A DNA stretch of 64,000 bases from an uncultured Verrucomicrobiae bacterium (GCA_963762565.1 CAVXLD010000012.1:288001-352000), one strand, 5' to 3'. Shown: positions 30,566 to 42,204, counted from the first letter of the stretch. Notes: a model not told the origin generated them from the letters alone. Numbers and translations: made by a program.

Positions 30566-31847
30566 TTAACCCTGCCCGCATTACTTCTATGGTCCGGGCG
30601 AGGTCAGAGTGAGTATGAGCCAGGCAAAGGAAACCTGCCTCGAATTGGGACGGGGCAAAATAGATTCCCGAACTCAAGCAATGATGGAAGAAGGACCGGA
30701 ACGCGGCCAAGTCTGAGCGCCGGGCATCGCTAAGGTTGTGCACAGGTGGTTCGCAGAAGTAGAGGCAGAACATAGAACCAATGCGTTGAAACGCGTAATT
30801 TCTGCCGGTTTCACTTAAGGTTTGCTTGACCGCAGCTTCCATTTCACTCCCCAGCTTCTCTAATCGGTTAAAACCGTCGTTGTGTTCGAGTTCCCGAAGC
30901 TGGGCTAGCCCGGCGGCCATGGCCAGCGGGTTACCCGACAACGTGCCGGCCTGATATACCGGTCCGTCCGGGGACAACTGGTCCATGATCTCGGCGCGAC
31001 CGCCAAATGCACCGACCGGAAGGCCGCCTCCGATTACTTTGCCCAGTGCGGTCAAGTCGGGGCGGATTCCAGCCAGTTCTTGGTAACCGCCTTTTGCCAA
31101 GCGAAATCCCGTCATCACTTCGTCAAAGATCAAGAGCGACCCATGAGTGGAACAGAGCTGGCGTAACTGTTCCAAAAATCCGGGTAGCGGCAAGTAAAGG
31201 CCGGCGTTAGCAGGTACTGGTTCGACGATGATAGCGGCAATCTTCTCGCCTTGGGCGTCGAAGATCGCAGCCAGTTTTTCCGAGTCATTGAATGGCAACG
31301 TGATCGTTAGTGCAGCCAACTCCGCAGGGACGCCGGCGCTGTCAGGTGAGCCATGAGTCAAAGCTCCACTACCAGCTTTAACCAAGAGAGAATCGACGTG
31401 GCCGTGATAACATCCCTCGAATTTAACGATAAAATCTCGCCCGGTATATCCGCGAGCCAGCCGGATGCACGACATGGTTGCTTCCGTGCCGCTATTAACC
31501 ATCCGCACTTTCTCCACCGATGGCACCCAGCTACAGATAAGCTTCGCCATTTCGACTTCGAACGGATTCGGGATGCCAAAGCTGAGGCCGTTGACTGCTG
31601 CTTTTTGCACCGCTTCCACCACTATCTCTGGCGCATGCCCGAGAATGGCGGGTCCCCACGTCCCAACAAAATCGATGTATTCCCGGCCGTTTACATCCCA
31701 GAGGTGCGAGCCTTTGGCTTTAGTGACAAAGAACGGCTCTCCTCCAACGTTGCGAAAAGCTCGGACCGGAGAATTAACCCCGCCGGGAATGTATCGGCGC
31801 GCCTCCGAGAATAAAGATGCATTTGTTTCCTGTCCCATAAATTGCAT
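30561..31847 (-). CDS. hemL: Glutamate-1-semialdehyde 2,1-aminomutase
   Basis: PGGVNSPVRAF, NSGTEATM, FEGCYHGH, FDEVMTGFR, GKVIGGGLPVG, QAGTLSGNP. Confidence 0.98.
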   Translation of the reverse strand: MQFMGQETNASLFSEARRYIPGGVNSPVRAFRNVGGEPFFVTKAKGSHLWDVNGREYIDFVGTWGPAILGHAPEIVVEAVQKAAVNGLSFGIPNPFEVEMAKLICSWVPSVEKVRMVNSGTEATMSCIRLARGYTGRDFIVKFEGCYHGHVDSLLVKAGSGALTHGSPDSAGVPAELAALTITLPFNDSEKLAAIFDAQGEKIAAIIVEPVPANAGLYLPLPGFLEQLRQLCSTHGSLLIFDEVMTGFRLAKGGYQELAGIRPDLTALGKVIGGGLPVGAFGGRAEIMDQLSPDGPVYQAGTLSGNPLAMAAGLAQLRELEHNDGFNRLEKLGSEMEAAVKQTLSETGRNYAFQRIGSMFCLYFCEPPVHNLSDARRSDLAAFRSFFHHCLSSGIYFAPSQFEAGFLCLAHTHSDLARTIEVMRAGLR

Positions 31848-32102
31848 GGCTTTCGCCGTCGGTCAGTTGGCTGTTTTTCAAGGCGCGAACGACGAGCATA
31901 TCTAAATTCATACGTAAGGAGCGAGCAACGCAGAAAAACAGCCAACTGGCCACGGCCCGAAGGGTTGCGATGAAAATGGGCCGGCGGCTGCGTTGCTCGT
32001 CGGTCACGTATCGATTGAGATATGCTCCGCTCCTCGCGCCTTGCCGGCGGCCCATTTTGATCGCAACGAAAGCCATGTTATTTATGGGACAGGAAACTGA
32101 TG
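31820..32102. repeat. Two opposed CAAGGCG..GAGCATAT..ATACGT..AACGCAG hairpin units enclosed by an inverted duplication of the hemL start region
   Basis: Read directly; see findings. Confidence 0.85.
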
Positions 32103-32125
32103 TCCTGGGTCATGGGATCGATGAA

Positions 32126-32644
32126 TCATTGAGCCAGCTGAATCAAAGGCGATAGCTTACCCAGCGCGCGGATACTGTCATCTCGGCTTATGGTTGCTTG
32201 ATTGCTGGCCGGTTTCGAGGTTGAAGGGCGTTGCGCAAATACGTACATCCGGACCCCACCTCGGGGATCAACTAGGACCCGGTGGACCATGCTGAGCTGT
32301 CCTCCCGATGAGGACGCAACCGAGTAAGCGATGTAACAATCCGCACCGAATTTAGACACCGTGGCGCCGGTTCCCGGTCTCTCGTTATTGATTGCAAGAC
32401 AGAGATTGTTCGCAAAAGCGGTAACATCACTCGCGTTCGGAAACCGACTTACGACTATTTTTTGCGACCAGTTCGTCGCCGTCTCACCGGCCAGTAGGAA
32501 ATCATTCTCTATCTTTTGGCCGTCGGCATCTTTGTCGGAAAGAGAGAAGCTTTCTTCGGCTAACTTTAAAGTCTGAGCGCTGAGCGCCGTGGTCGACAGG
32601 ACGACCGTGATCGCGCCTAATAGAAAGGGGGAGAGCTTTGGCAT
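32126..32644 (-). CDS. Secreted hypothetical protein (start MPKLSPF at 32644)
   Basis: Signal peptide ending ALSA-Q; the longer ORF upstream merely translates repeats and overlaps MATE. Confidence 0.75.
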   Translation of the reverse strand: MPKLSPFLLGAITVVLSTTALSAQTLKLAEESFSLSDKDADGQKIENDFLLAGETATNWSQKIVVSRFPNASDVTAFANNLCLAINNERPGTGATVSKFGADCYIAYSVASSSGGQLSMVHRVLVDPRGGVRMYVFAQRPSTSKPASNQATISRDDSIRALGKLSPLIQLAQ

Positions 32645-32949
32645 CTGGATCAAGATAAACAGGAGAATCGTTTTGTCCTGTCTGGATCTGCAGTCGTTCG
32701 AAACCCTTGTCGAGGCTATCACCTCAGGGGAGGGCGCGCGTCTTCGCGCGCCGCAAACGGGTCTATAATTTGGATGTAGTCTGACGCTGGCTCGGGTTTG
32801 TTGTGGGCTTTCGAGAACCACGGATCGCGAGGATCCGACGTCGCCAACGCCTTTAAGAAAGACGTGCAGACAGAAGGCTATGTCGGACAGGCAGCGATCC
32901 CTCCCCAGATGGGCCGCGTTAAGGACGAGCACGCCCCCGAAGCGAGCCC

Positions 32950-34332
32950 TTACGACGCCTTTAAATTCTCGGTTGTCCCAAGAACAAATCTGCCCTGCCT
33001 GCCCGGACCCGTCATCGCTTGCAGACGCCAGGTAAGTAACAAGGCCGCTACGAAGAGGCCGGCAGCAAGTCCGAACCAGATGCCGGTTGGTCCGGTCTGG
33101 CCAGGGAAAGCAAAAATAAAGCCTGTGGGAATTGCGACCGTCCAATAACAAAAGATGCCAATCAGCATAGGCAGCCGGATATCGGCCAATCCACGCAGGC
33201 AGCCGGCTGACGTCACCTGTATGCCATCAGCGAGTTGGAATATTCCCGCGATAATCATCAGACGGCCGGCGAGGTCGACGACATCTTTCTGATTCGTGAA
33301 CAAGAGCGCAACTTGGTGTCCGAGCGCTAAATAAATAGCTGCAAACCCAAACGCGATCAGCACCGAAACCATGAGCGCTCCGAGTACAATCCGGCGTAAG
33401 CTCGAATAGGCCTGTGAGCCGACGGCGTGCCCCACCCGGACACCGGCCGCAATCGAGATACCAAGAGGGAACATGAATGTTGTGGCGGCGCAGGTCACCA
33501 CAATCTGATGCGCAGCCAGGGGGATGGTGCCCATCCATCCCATCATGATCGCGCTGAAATTGAATGCGCCTGCCTCAGCTACATATTGGCAGCCGATCGG
33601 TAGACCAGTTCGGAAAAGGCTGGCCACTTTATCCCAGCTCACACCTGAAACCGACAAGGCCTGCCACTGTAACCTCGTCAAGAAAAGCGCATAGCCGATG
33701 ACACCGATCAGTATGAATATGCGGGCGCAGAGTGTGGCAATTGCCGATCCAACTATCCCGAGCGCGGGTAGACCAAACCAACCAAATACTAACGGCAAGT
33801 TCAGAGCGATATTTAAGATCACTCCCGCGTACAGGATCACCGTCGGGATGACCGGTTTTCCCAACGCCTCGCAATAAGTCTTAGCGCTCATTGATGCAAG
33901 AGCCGGGATCAAGGATAGACCAACGATCGCCAGATAGGGCCGTGCAGCCATCTCGACCGGAACCGGTTCGCCGAAAACGTTTAGCACCGGTAACAAGGCG
34001 ATCACGATGGCTGCCGCTACTATCCCAACAAAGAGTGACAGCCAAAAAGCAGATCGAAACACTTCGACTTTCGCGCTTTCCAGCTTTGCTCCATGCGCTT
34101 GAGCGGCGAATATCCCCACCGCGGCTAAAACACCGATACCGCCCACATATAATGTCCCTAGAAGGGTATTCGAAAAACCAATGGCGGCGATTGGCACCAC
34201 CCCAACTCGTCCGAGGATCAGCGTGTCGGTTATGCCCATCAACATCTGGCCGAATTGCCCGACCATCATTGGGATCGCCAATGAGAGTGTCGCTCCCAAT
34301 TCGGTTTGGAATAGCTTGCGCGGCCGGGGCAT
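32950..34332 (-). CDS. MATE family efflux transporter (NorM-like)
   Basis: LAIPM..GQ......ITDT...GR.G, G.PALG..G.A.AT, LAAHQI, FQLADG.Q....G.LRG..D. Confidence 0.93.
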   Translation of the reverse strand: MPRPRKLFQTELGATLSLAIPMMVGQFGQMLMGITDTLILGRVGVVPIAAIGFSNTLLGTLYVGGIGVLAAVGIFAAQAHGAKLESAKVEVFRSAFWLSLFVGIVAAAIVIALLPVLNVFGEPVPVEMAARPYLAIVGLSLIPALASMSAKTYCEALGKPVIPTVILYAGVILNIALNLPLVFGWFGLPALGIVGSAIATLCARIFILIGVIGYALFLTRLQWQALSVSGVSWDKVASLFRTGLPIGCQYVAEAGAFNFSAIMMGWMGTIPLAAHQIVVTCAATTFMFPLGISIAAGVRVGHAVGSQAYSSLRRIVLGALMVSVLIAFGFAAIYLALGHQVALLFTNQKDVVDLAGRLMIIAGIFQLADGIQVTSAGCLRGLADIRLPMLIGIFCYWTVAIPTGFIFAFPGQTGPTGIWFGLAAGLFVAALLLTWRLQAMTGPGRQGRFVLGTTENLKAS

Positions 34333-34593
34333 AAGAACCACCAGCAAACAGGCAAACCGGGAGTGGCGCAAGCGGGAGGCAGCGAAACCACTCGCTCTTT
34401 CTTCCCCGCTTATCTCGACTCTTTTCCCATCCTCGCCGAAGACGGCTCGCTCGCATTTGTCACTGACTTCGAATCCGTTCCTTCGCTAAAGGGTGCAGAC
34501 CAAACGGACCCACTCCCAACCATTCTTAAGGCCTTTCAGGATGAAGGCATAATTTCCGCCATACTTTGGCGCGATTACTAACTCCCGTCCTGC

Positions 34594-35214
34594 TTACTCC
34601 AATATACCGTGCTGCTCGATGAAGCTTACGATTCGATCGAGGCCGATACCGGTTTTTAAATCGGTCATCACATAGGGTCGATCACCTCGCATCTTGGACG
34701 TATCCGCTGCCATCACTTCCAACGATGCACCCACATGCGGCGCCAGGTCGATCTTGTTAACCACGAGTAAGTCGGAGCGTGTTATCCCCGGGCCACCTTT
34801 GCGGGGAATCTTTTCACCGCCCGCTACATCGATGACGTAGATGGTTAGATCGGATAACTCTGGGCTGAACGTAGCGGCTAGATTGTCGCCACCGGATTCC
34901 ACAAAGACGATATCGGCGTCAGGGAAACGTTTTAGCATCTGATCAATGGCTGCGAGATTGATCGACGCATCCTCACGAATGGCGGTGTGGGGACAGCCTC
35001 CGGTTTCGACTCCCATGATCCTTTCCGCGGGCAACGCGCCGGCAACGGTCAGAAGCCGTTGATCTTCCTTGGTATAAATATCATTTGTGATAACCACCAG
35101 ATCGTACCGGTCCCGCATTTTTTTGCATAACATCTCGACCAACGTGGTTTTGCCGCTGCCGACCGGACCGCCGACGCCGATTCGTAGTGGAGGAGTGCTC
35201 TTAGTGCGGGTCAT
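34594..35214 (-). CDS. ureG: Urease accessory GTPase
   Basis: [31 protein letters not shown]. Confidence 0.98.
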   Translation of the reverse strand: MTRTKSTPPLRIGVGGPVGSGKTTLVEMLCKKMRDRYDLVVITNDIYTKEDQRLLTVAGALPAERIMGVETGGCPHTAIREDASINLAAIDQMLKRFPDADIVFVESGGDNLAATFSPELSDLTIYVIDVAGGEKIPRKGGPGITRSDLLVVNKIDLAPHVGASLEVMAADTSKMRGDRPYVMTDLKTGIGLDRIVSFIEQHGILE

Positions 35215-35217
35215 AGC

Positions 35218-35898
35218 TTAGGATCGAAACAAACGAGAGTACTGACTTTCGTGCCGCGCCGAAAGAATGCCAAGCATCGGGGCCCAAGAGGAGATGTCAG
35301 TGGTTTCCGCGACCGAGTTAACAGCTACTGGAACCTTAGTTCGACACCGGGTCAAAATTCGATGACCGGCAGTTTGGCCCAGTGGCACCAATTTGATTGC
35401 GCCCGCGACTTGGGTTTCGAGCCAACTAAAACAAAACCCAGTTAAAGTTGTTCTCTCGCTGAGAGCAAGACCGGCTGCCGATAATGCAAACGCGGTAGGA
35501 AACGCGATCGGCTCCAGTTTGTTGGTTACGGCCGTTGGCGTGATCCATTTCAAGGCATAGGCGAGCTGGAGCAGCGACCAACCCATTTGTTCTGTTTCTC
35601 GCCGTAATTCCATCGATTCGCGACTCGCAAGGAACCAGTCGTTCCAATGAGCAATCTCCGGCAGCGAATCGACTGAAGGATCCGAGCGACAAGCTCGATA
35701 AACAAAGGCAACCACCGGCGCTTCACAACGGGCGATAATCTCGGTGAGACCGTCGGCAATCCACTTCCCGGCGTCTTCTTCGTTTCGAATTAGTCCGAGC
35801 TCAACGGCAGTCTCGAGTCCCTGGGAATAACTGAACGAACCGATGGGTAACGCCGGCGAAGCGAGATGCAGAGCTCGGCAGAGTTCGTCGGGGTTCAT
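35218..35898 (-). CDS. ureF: Urease accessory protein UreF (start MNPDEL at 35898)
   Basis: LASPALPIGSFSYSQGLE ... HESQYSRLFRS. Confidence 0.96.
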   Translation of the reverse strand: MNPDELCRALHLASPALPIGSFSYSQGLETAVELGLIRNEEDAGKWIADGLTEIIARCEAPVVAFVYRACRSDPSVDSLPEIAHWNDWFLASRESMELRRETEQMGWSLLQLAYALKWITPTAVTNKLEPIAFPTAFALSAAGLALSERTTLTGFCFSWLETQVAGAIKLVPLGQTAGHRILTRCRTKVPVAVNSVAETTDISSWAPMLGILSARHESQYSRLFRS

Positions 35899-35909
35899 TG
35901 GGCTGCCCA

Positions 35910-36053
35910 AATCGTTCTCGTTCTCGTCGTCGTCCTCGTCCTCGAAGATTTTATCCCTCGGATTCGAGCCGATACCGCCAAGTATGTTCTCCGTGTCTTG
36001 GGGTCGCACCCATCCCGCGCTCCGCGCCAAGTTTTCGAGAACGAGGACGAAAA
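35910..36053. repeat. 6-mer (CTCGTC/GAGGAC) inverted tandem pair between ureE and ureF
   Basis: Same family at about 45661-45693, 48525/48805 and 50930/51070. Confidence 0.85.
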
Positions 36054-36063
36054 ACCGGTCTGA

Positions 36064-36585
36064 CTACTTCTCCCCGTGATGTTCATGAAATACACGCTGA
36101 GCCGCAGCATAATCCTCTTCGAACGTCTCATCGTGGCCATGTTTATGTCCTCCTCCGTATGCACCGGTTTCCGGCGTGAATTTTTCGGTTACCAAACTAA
36201 CTATGACCCCGAGACCAACTAACATTTCTTTCAGTACCGGATCAGCCTGCAGCAAAAGACGATCCGGCCGGATCTCGATCGCAGTGTGCCGATTCCCGAG
36301 ATGATAGGCGGCGCGCAACAACAGAAACGGGTCTGGCGCCGTGACCATCATGAGGTTCTCTGTTGCGGCCTGAATCTCGAACTGGGAACCATCCTCGCTT
36401 TCAACAACATCTCCTTCTCGTAAGATCGTTCCCGGCGGCAATAATATCCCGATTTCCTCGCCGCTATCTAATTTCACTAATTGCCGGCTTTTCTTACGCG
36501 CTTCAAAAGCAAGAACCAGCCTAGGTATATTCGTGACCGGCGCGGTTGTACCGCTTTTTGGTACTAGCTTAGTAAATCTTCGCAT
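36064..36585 (-). CDS. ureE: Urease nickel chaperone UreE (start at 36585, TGATG overlap with ureC)
   Basis: L..G..LR.GD, AAYHLGNRH, F.PE.GAY, His-containing tail. Confidence 0.96.
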   Translation of the reverse strand: MRRFTKLVPKSGTTAPVTNIPRLVLAFEARKKSRQLVKLDSGEEIGILLPPGTILREGDVVESEDGSQFEIQAATENLMMVTAPDPFLLLRAAYHLGNRHTAIEIRPDRLLLQADPVLKEMLVGLGVIVSLVTEKFTPETGAYGGGHKHGHDETFEEDYAAAQRVFHEHHGEK

Positions 36586-38285
36586 CAGAAAAGAAAATAA
36601 CGTTGAGCCATGGGCAAGACTTTGGCCGGTTCGCAGGTCAGAACCTGACCGTCGGCTGAAACCTCGTAAGTCTCCGGATCGACCGTTATCTTGGGTAGCC
36701 AAGCATTATGGATAAGATCCTGTTTCTTGAGATGGCGAATGCCGCTTACGGCTACTAATCGGCGCTGGAGGCCGTAGCGGTCGCCGATTTTGGATTCCGC
36801 TGCCAGCTGAGAAATGAAAGTGAGGCAAGTCTTCGCCAAAGCCACTCCTCGCGTGGCGAACATTTCCCTATAGATGACCGGCTGAGGGGTTGGGATCGAA
36901 GCGTTGGCGTCACCCATGAGGGCAATCGCTATCATACCGCCTTTCAATACCATGGATGGTTTGACGCCAAAGAAAGCGGGTGCCCAGAGCACTAGATCAG
37001 CCCATTTTCCGACCTCGACTGAACCGACCTCATGGGCAATGCCATGAGTCATTGCCGGATTGATCGTGTACTTCGCGACGTAACGTTTTGCTCGGAAATT
37101 ATCATTTCGAGAAGAGTCACCGGGCAATGACCCGCGTTGAACCTTCATTTTGTGAGCGGTTTGCCAAGTTCGCAAAATGACTTCACCGATTCGTCCCATC
37201 GCTTGTGAATCGCTGGACATCATCGAAATGGCGCCCAGGTCATGCAGGATGTCTTCGGCTGCAATCGTTTCTCGACGAATGCGCGACTCGGCAAAGGCCA
37301 GGTCCTCAGCGATGTTGGCGTCGAGGTGATGGCAAACCATCAACATGTCGAGATGCTCATCCAGCGTGTTAACGGTAAAAGGTCTGGTAGGATTGGTGGA
37401 GGAGGGTAAGACGTTTGCTTCACCGCACACCTTGATGATGTCAGGGGCATGCCCGCCGCCGGCTCCCTCGGTGTGATAAGCGTGAATTGTCCGTCCTTTG
37501 AGGGCCGCGATGCTGGCTTCGACAAATCCCGACTCGTTCAAGGTGTCGGTATGAAGAGCGACTTGGGTGTCAGTCTCGTCCGCGACCGATAGAGAAGTAT
37601 CGATGGCAGCCGGAGTCGTTCCCCAATCTTCATGTAGTTTTAAACCGATGGCTCCAGCAGCGATCTGTTCGCGAAGCGGTTCGGCCTGGCTGGCATTTCC
37701 TTTGCCTAGAAACCCCAAATTAATTGGGTAACCTTCCGCTGCCTGTAACATCCGCTCGATATGCCAAGGTCCCGGGGTACAAGTGGTGGCGCAGGTGCCG
37801 GCGGCTGGTCCGGTTCCACCGCCGATCATGGTGGTTAACCCCGCGGCGACGGCTTCATCAATCTGTTGCGGGCAAATGAAATGAACATGGGTATCAAGCC
37901 CGCCAGCGGTTATGATCATTCCTTCACCAGCGATCGCTTCGGTCCCGGCTCCGATAATGATGTTCACGCCGGGCTGAATATCTGGATTTCCCGCTTTACC
38001 GACTCCAGCGATACGTCCGTCTTTGATGCCGATATCGGCCTTAACGATACCCCAATGATCCAGGATCACGGCATTAGTAATGACGGTATCAACAGCCTCC
38101 TTGATCGTGCGTTGAGATTGGCCCATGCCATCTCGGATAACCTTACCGCCGCCGAACTTGACCTCTTCCCCGTAAACCGTGAAGTCTTTTTCGATCTCGA
38201 TAATGAGTTCTGTATCGGCCAAACGGATTCGATCCCCAACCGTAGGACCGAACATTTCTGCGTACGCTTCTCGGGTGATCTTCAT
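36585..38285 (-). CDS. ureC: Urease subunit alpha (start MKITRE at 38285)
   Basis: [48 protein letters not shown]. Confidence 0.99.
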   Translation of the reverse strand: MKITREAYAEMFGPTVGDRIRLADTELIIEIEKDFTVYGEEVKFGGGKVIRDGMGQSQRTIKEAVDTVITNAVILDHWGIVKADIGIKDGRIAGVGKAGNPDIQPGVNIIIGAGTEAIAGEGMIITAGGLDTHVHFICPQQIDEAVAAGLTTMIGGGTGPAAGTCATTCTPGPWHIERMLQAAEGYPINLGFLGKGNASQAEPLREQIAAGAIGLKLHEDWGTTPAAIDTSLSVADETDTQVALHTDTLNESGFVEASIAALKGRTIHAYHTEGAGGGHAPDIIKVCGEANVLPSSTNPTRPFTVNTLDEHLDMLMVCHHLDANIAEDLAFAESRIRRETIAAEDILHDLGAISMMSSDSQAMGRIGEVILRTWQTAHKMKVQRGSLPGDSSRNDNFRAKRYVAKYTINPAMTHGIAHEVGSVEVGKWADLVLWAPAFFGVKPSMVLKGGMIAIALMGDANASIPTPQPVIYREMFATRGVALAKTCLTFISQLAAESKIGDRYGLQRRLVAVSGIRHLKKQDLIHNAWLPKITVDPETYEVSADGQVLTCEPAKVLPMAQRYFLF

Positions 38286-38400
38286 GGGAGAAAACTGGTA
38301 GGGCGAGGCTCCAAAATGTGACAAACTCCCGACGTGTTGGCTTCCCAATCAGCTAGACCTAGAAACGAAGCTGCATGGCCGAGCCAGGGGTTGCGCGTGC

Positions 38401-38706
38401 TCATAAAGCTCCCATAATCTTTCCATTAAAACCATAGATGATCCGATCGCCGCCGATCTCCACCAGCTCTACGGTCTTTTCCTGACCGGGTTCAAATCGG
38501 ACGGCGGTGCCGGCGGCAATGTTCAGGCGGTAGCCTCGGCTCGCTTCCCGATCGAATTTGAGCGCCTCATTGACTTCATAAAAATGAAAATGCGAACCAA
38601 CCTGGATCGGTCGATCGCCGGTGTTTGCGACGTCGACTTTTAGTACAGCGCGACCGGCGTTGAGCTCGATCTCGCCAGGTTCCACGAAAATCTCACCAGG
38701 AATCAT
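38401..38706 (-). CDS. ureB: Urease subunit beta
   Basis: [31 protein letters not shown]. Confidence 0.99.
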   Translation of the reverse strand: MIPGEIFVEPGEIELNAGRAVLKVDVANTGDRPIQVGSHFHFYEVNEALKFDREASRGYRLNIAAGTAVRFEPGQEKTVELVEIGGDRIIYGFNGKIMGAL

Positions 38707-38725
38707 AGACGTTGTAACTTAAAAC

Positions 38726-38890
38726 CAACCGCGAATGGATCCGCCTTCGCAGGCTACGGCGCGACAAGCTACGAATAGGCGCGGTAGATCTCGAAGGACT
38801 ATCTGCGTACATCGGAGCCTGTCCGCCGTAGCCTTCAACCTGTAGGAAGCTTTCTTTCACAGCGTAGCGAAGGCGGATTAATCTGCGGTT
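38726..38890. repeat. 9-mer palindrome with two mini-element insertions (38740-38768; expanded copy 38818-38877)
   Basis: Read directly. Confidence 0.85.
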
Positions 38891-38908
38891 GGACTTCTTT
38901 TTCGGGTT

Positions 38909-39211
38909 TTAGGGTATCGGGTTGTGAACGGTGACCAGCTTGGTGCCGTCAGGGAAGGTGGCCTCGATTTGGATCTCTGGGATCATCTCGGGTACGCCCT
39001 CTAAGACTTGGTCTCGCCTTAACAGAGTGGCGCCGAACTGCATCAGCTCAGCGACGGATTTGCCGTCGCGAGCTCCTTCAAGGAGCGCTGCTGTGATCAG
39101 CGCCGTGGCTTCCGGATGATTCAACTTCAGGCCGCGTTGCAGCCTGCGTTCTGCCAACAACGAGGCAGTAAAGATGAGGAGCTTATCTTTCTCGCGCGGG
39201 GTCAGGTTCAT
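38909..39211 (-). CDS. ureA: Urease subunit gamma (start MNLTPRE at 39211)
   Basis: [25 protein letters not shown]. Confidence 0.99.
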   Translation of the reverse strand: MNLTPREKDKLLIFTASLLAERRLQRGLKLNHPEATALITAALLEGARDGKSVAELMQFGATLLRRDQVLEGVPEMIPEIQIEATFPDGTKLVTVHNPIP

Positions 39212-39514
39212 AGAGCTATTGGTGGGGCGAGGCTCCAATAAGACCTAAGAGGTTTCGCGGAGCAATTGAACGTGCTCGATCGATCGGCTTACTGGACCGA
39301 ACTGCTGCCGAGCCGCGGGCCGAGGACGTGCCACCAAATTGGTTAGGAGTCAAATGTGTCGGGATATCGTGGGTCGTAGATGCTAAAATCGTGCAATTGA
39401 GCGCTGGGCCACGGCGCGGCGGGCACCGCGGCGAAACAACATCCTTGCTCACTCCGGCACTGATATCTTCGCGAAGACGATGGGCCTTTCGGGAGCCTCG
39501 CCCCACCAGATTTG

Positions 39515-40357
39515 TCAAACCCTCCATAGACGTAAAGGTTTTGGATCCCGGCCGTGGACGGCTGGCCGCAGAAAGGTCCAGCAACGGATGAGAAGCTCGC
39601 GCAGCGGCTCAATCTTCTGCGCGATGGCGCGGACGATCAGTACACCGCTATCGAAACAGGTTACACCCGCGCGCAGGTTATCCGTAAAAGCAAGCGAGGG
39701 CGCCAGTTTCTCAGCCAGCGCTTGGGTGCAGTTCGAGCCCGTCGCCCACACCATGCCGAAATTCGGTAATCCAGCGAGTCCCTGGTTAGCGGTTCGCAAA
39801 CTGGACGCAGCCGAGATGTTCGCTTTTTCAGCCCAAAGCAACTCTTGTCCAAGATTGGTGAACCGTGAATCGATCCGAAGGGTACCTGCGCTCCAGGTCT
39901 CACCCATCGCTCTTCTGCCGAGAACAAATGCTTCCCAGCCGATAGCACTGGCTTCCGGAGCCGTTTCAAGTTGGAAACGAAAATTAGCTCGAGCGTTTTC
40001 GAACAAGATGTTTTCGGGTGGTAACCAATCGAGTTGCGCGCCTGGCGCCAGCGTGATCCGGACTTCCTGAGACGCAAATTCTTCGCTCGATTTATACCAT
40101 TTCGTTGCGGCTGGACTGGTTAAAACCGTTCTGGTCCCGGTCCCTTGGGCAACAGCGATCTTTACCGTGTCGCCTTCAGCCATCCCGCCGGGTGGATGGA
40201 GAATCACCGTATGACAAACGGAACGGCCTTCAGGGTAAAGCGGCTTCTGCACTTGTAACGGTCCGGAGTGTCGCCGTTCCGTCATCACGGTACGATCTTC
40301 TTGATACTCAAAGCGTAGCTGCAAATCTGCCGTCCAACTAGAGAGCGATGCTTGCAA
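39515..40357 (-). CDS. ureD: Urease accessory protein UreD
   Basis: GPLQVQKPLYPEG, LHPPGG...GD, T.PAATK.Y, W.P.E.I.F. Confidence 0.96.
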   Translation of the reverse strand: MQASLSSWTADLQLRFEYQEDRTVMTERRHSGPLQVQKPLYPEGRSVCHTVILHPPGGMAEGDTVKIAVAQGTGTRTVLTSPAATKWYKSSEEFASQEVRITLAPGAQLDWLPPENILFENARANFRFQLETAPEASAIGWEAFVLGRRAMGETWSAGTLRIDSRFTNLGQELLWAEKANISAASSLRTANQGLAGLPNFGMVWATGSNCTQALAEKLAPSLAFTDNLRAGVTCFDSGVLIVRAIAQKIEPLRELLIRCWTFLRPAVHGRDPKPLRLWRV

Positions 40358-40370
40358 TGTCAGGAGGGAA

Positions 40371-40650
40371 TCTCACACAAAGCCACTAAGTCACAAAGAA
40401 AGACAACGACAGTTGAAGACCGCCCAAGCCGAAAAAGCGTTAATAAAGATCCGCAGATTAACGCAGATTACGCAGATTTCGGCTTTAGGTTAAGGTGACG
40501 CCGCGAGGCGAACAAAACCATGTTCGTGGGGAACGATTTGTTCAACTCGCCAGTGGTATTCAGTCTCATTACCGAAATCTGCGTAATCTGCGGATCATTT
40601 ATCTTCAGGGTCTTGGGGGGAACTTTGTGGCTTAGCGTCTTTGTTCGAGT
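40371..40650. repeat. Nested 9-mer palindrome between urtA and ureD
   Basis: CTCACACAAAGCCACTAAG..CGCAGATTA arms mirrored by ATCTGCG..CTTTGTGGCTTAG. Confidence 0.85.
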
Positions 40651-40670
40651 CTAGCCGTTATCTCGCCAGC

Positions 40671-42074
40671 CTACCTTCCCGCGTCAGCGACCTGTTGGTT
40701 GGAAACGGCGGGTGTTACCGCGGCCGCCTTCTTTTCCAACTGTTCGTCGAGACCCTTCAACAGGAACGGCTCAGCCTTGACCTGGTCGTAAGTTTTCAAG
40801 ATTTTGAATTGTCCGTTCGCGGTGGTTTCGCCGATGTAGACGTTCTTGGTGGCGTGATGGTTGGTCTGCATCGTGATTTTGCCGCCGGGACCATCAAAAC
40901 TGATGGCATCGTTTTCCAGGACCGCGCGCACTTTATCCACACCAAACGTACCGGCTTTTTCGACCGCTTTTTTCCAGAGATTAACGCCGTCGTAGGAAAG
41001 AACCATTGGACTGTCCACCGCGCGTTTTTCTTTAACGACGCCCGCATGGCTTTCGCCCTTCAGCCACGCGTTCCAACGTTCCAGGAAACTCTTGTTCTCC
41101 GGCGTTTTCAGGGACATGAAATAGGTCCAGCATCCAAGTTCGCCCACCAGATCTTTCGTCGGTAAACTGCGCAGTTCGTCTTCGGCTAAACTGAAGGAAA
41201 CGATCGGGCAATCGGCCGGACTCAGCCCCGCGGAAGCAATCTCTTTGAAGAACGGCACATTGGAATCCCCGTTGATCGTATTGATAACGCAAGCGTCCCC
41301 GCCGGCTGCGAATTGTTTAATTTCAGCGACGATTTGCTGGAAGTCCGTATGGCCGAACGGCACATATTTGCCGGCCGAAATGACTTTGCCGGCACTATCC
41401 TTACGAAGCCCGCCTCCAATGTCCTCGACTGGAACGCCTTTGGTCTCGAGATACTTGAAGAGGATAAGGTTGGTAGTCTGCGGATAAACGTAATCGCTTC
41501 CCACCAGATAGAACTTTTTCTTACCTTGGGCCAGGAGGTAATCGACCGCAGGTGTCGCCTGCTGATTCACGGCTTCAGCGGTGTAGAAGATGTTTTTGGA
41601 AAGCTCTTCTCCTTCGTATTGCACCGGATAAAAGAGCATGCCGTCGTCCTGCTCAAAGACCGGAAGCACGGACTTCCGGCTCACCGAGGTCCAACAACCG
41701 AACACCACGGCTACTTTATCCTCCTGCAACAACTGTTTGGCCTTTTCCGCGAACAACGGCCAGTTGGAAGCGCCATCCACTACCACCGGTTCAATCTGTT
41801 TCCCCAAAACGCCGCCGCTCTTGTTAATTTCGTCGAAGGCGAACAACAACGTATCGCGCAACGATGTTTCGCTGATCGCCATTGTACCTGACAACGAATG
41901 TAAGACGCCCACTTTAACCTTGCCGCTGCTGAGATCGACTTCGTTGGCTCGTACAGGAGCGGCTATCCAAGCGAGGGATAGGGTTAGCGCCGCAACCCAA
42001 GCGGACACAAGAAACAACCTGCGTCCCGGCCGGAGAGCGGCCAGCGCAATTATGGTTTTATCGGGGCATTTCAT
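40671..42074 (-). CDS. urtA: Urea ABC transporter substrate-binding protein (start MKCPDK at 42074)
   Basis: [38 protein letters not shown]. Confidence 0.95.
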   Translation of the reverse strand: MKCPDKTIIALAALRPGRRLFLVSAWVAALTLSLAWIAAPVRANEVDLSSGKVKVGVLHSLSGTMAISETSLRDTLLFAFDEINKSGGVLGKQIEPVVVDGASNWPLFAEKAKQLLQEDKVAVVFGCWTSVSRKSVLPVFEQDDGMLFYPVQYEGEELSKNIFYTAEAVNQQATPAVDYLLAQGKKKFYLVGSDYVYPQTTNLILFKYLETKGVPVEDIGGGLRKDSAGKVISAGKYVPFGHTDFQQIVAEIKQFAAGGDACVINTINGDSNVPFFKEIASAGLSPADCPIVSFSLAEDELRSLPTKDLVGELGCWTYFMSLKTPENKSFLERWNAWLKGESHAGVVKEKRAVDSPMVLSYDGVNLWKKAVEKAGTFGVDKVRAVLENDAISFDGPGGKITMQTNHHATKNVYIGETTANGQFKILKTYDQVKAEPFLLKGLDEQLEKKAAAVTPAVSNQQVADAGR

Positions 42075-42187
42075 CTTCTTTTCTTTTGGTACTCTGTTGT
42101 TTGATTTTGATCCTCGCGCGATTGGGGGGGTCAGAGGCGGCTCAGCCTGAGAACCGAACAGCAAGCGTCGAGGCGGTAGGAGGTGAA

Positions 42188-42204
42188 AGCACAACTTGTG
42201 CCTG
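42188..42204 (-). promoter_or_regulatory. Putative sigma54 (-24/-12) promoter for urtA-ureDABCEFG
   Basis: Minus strand cAGGCACAAGTTGTGCt = GG-N10-GC with GGCAC. Confidence 0.55.
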
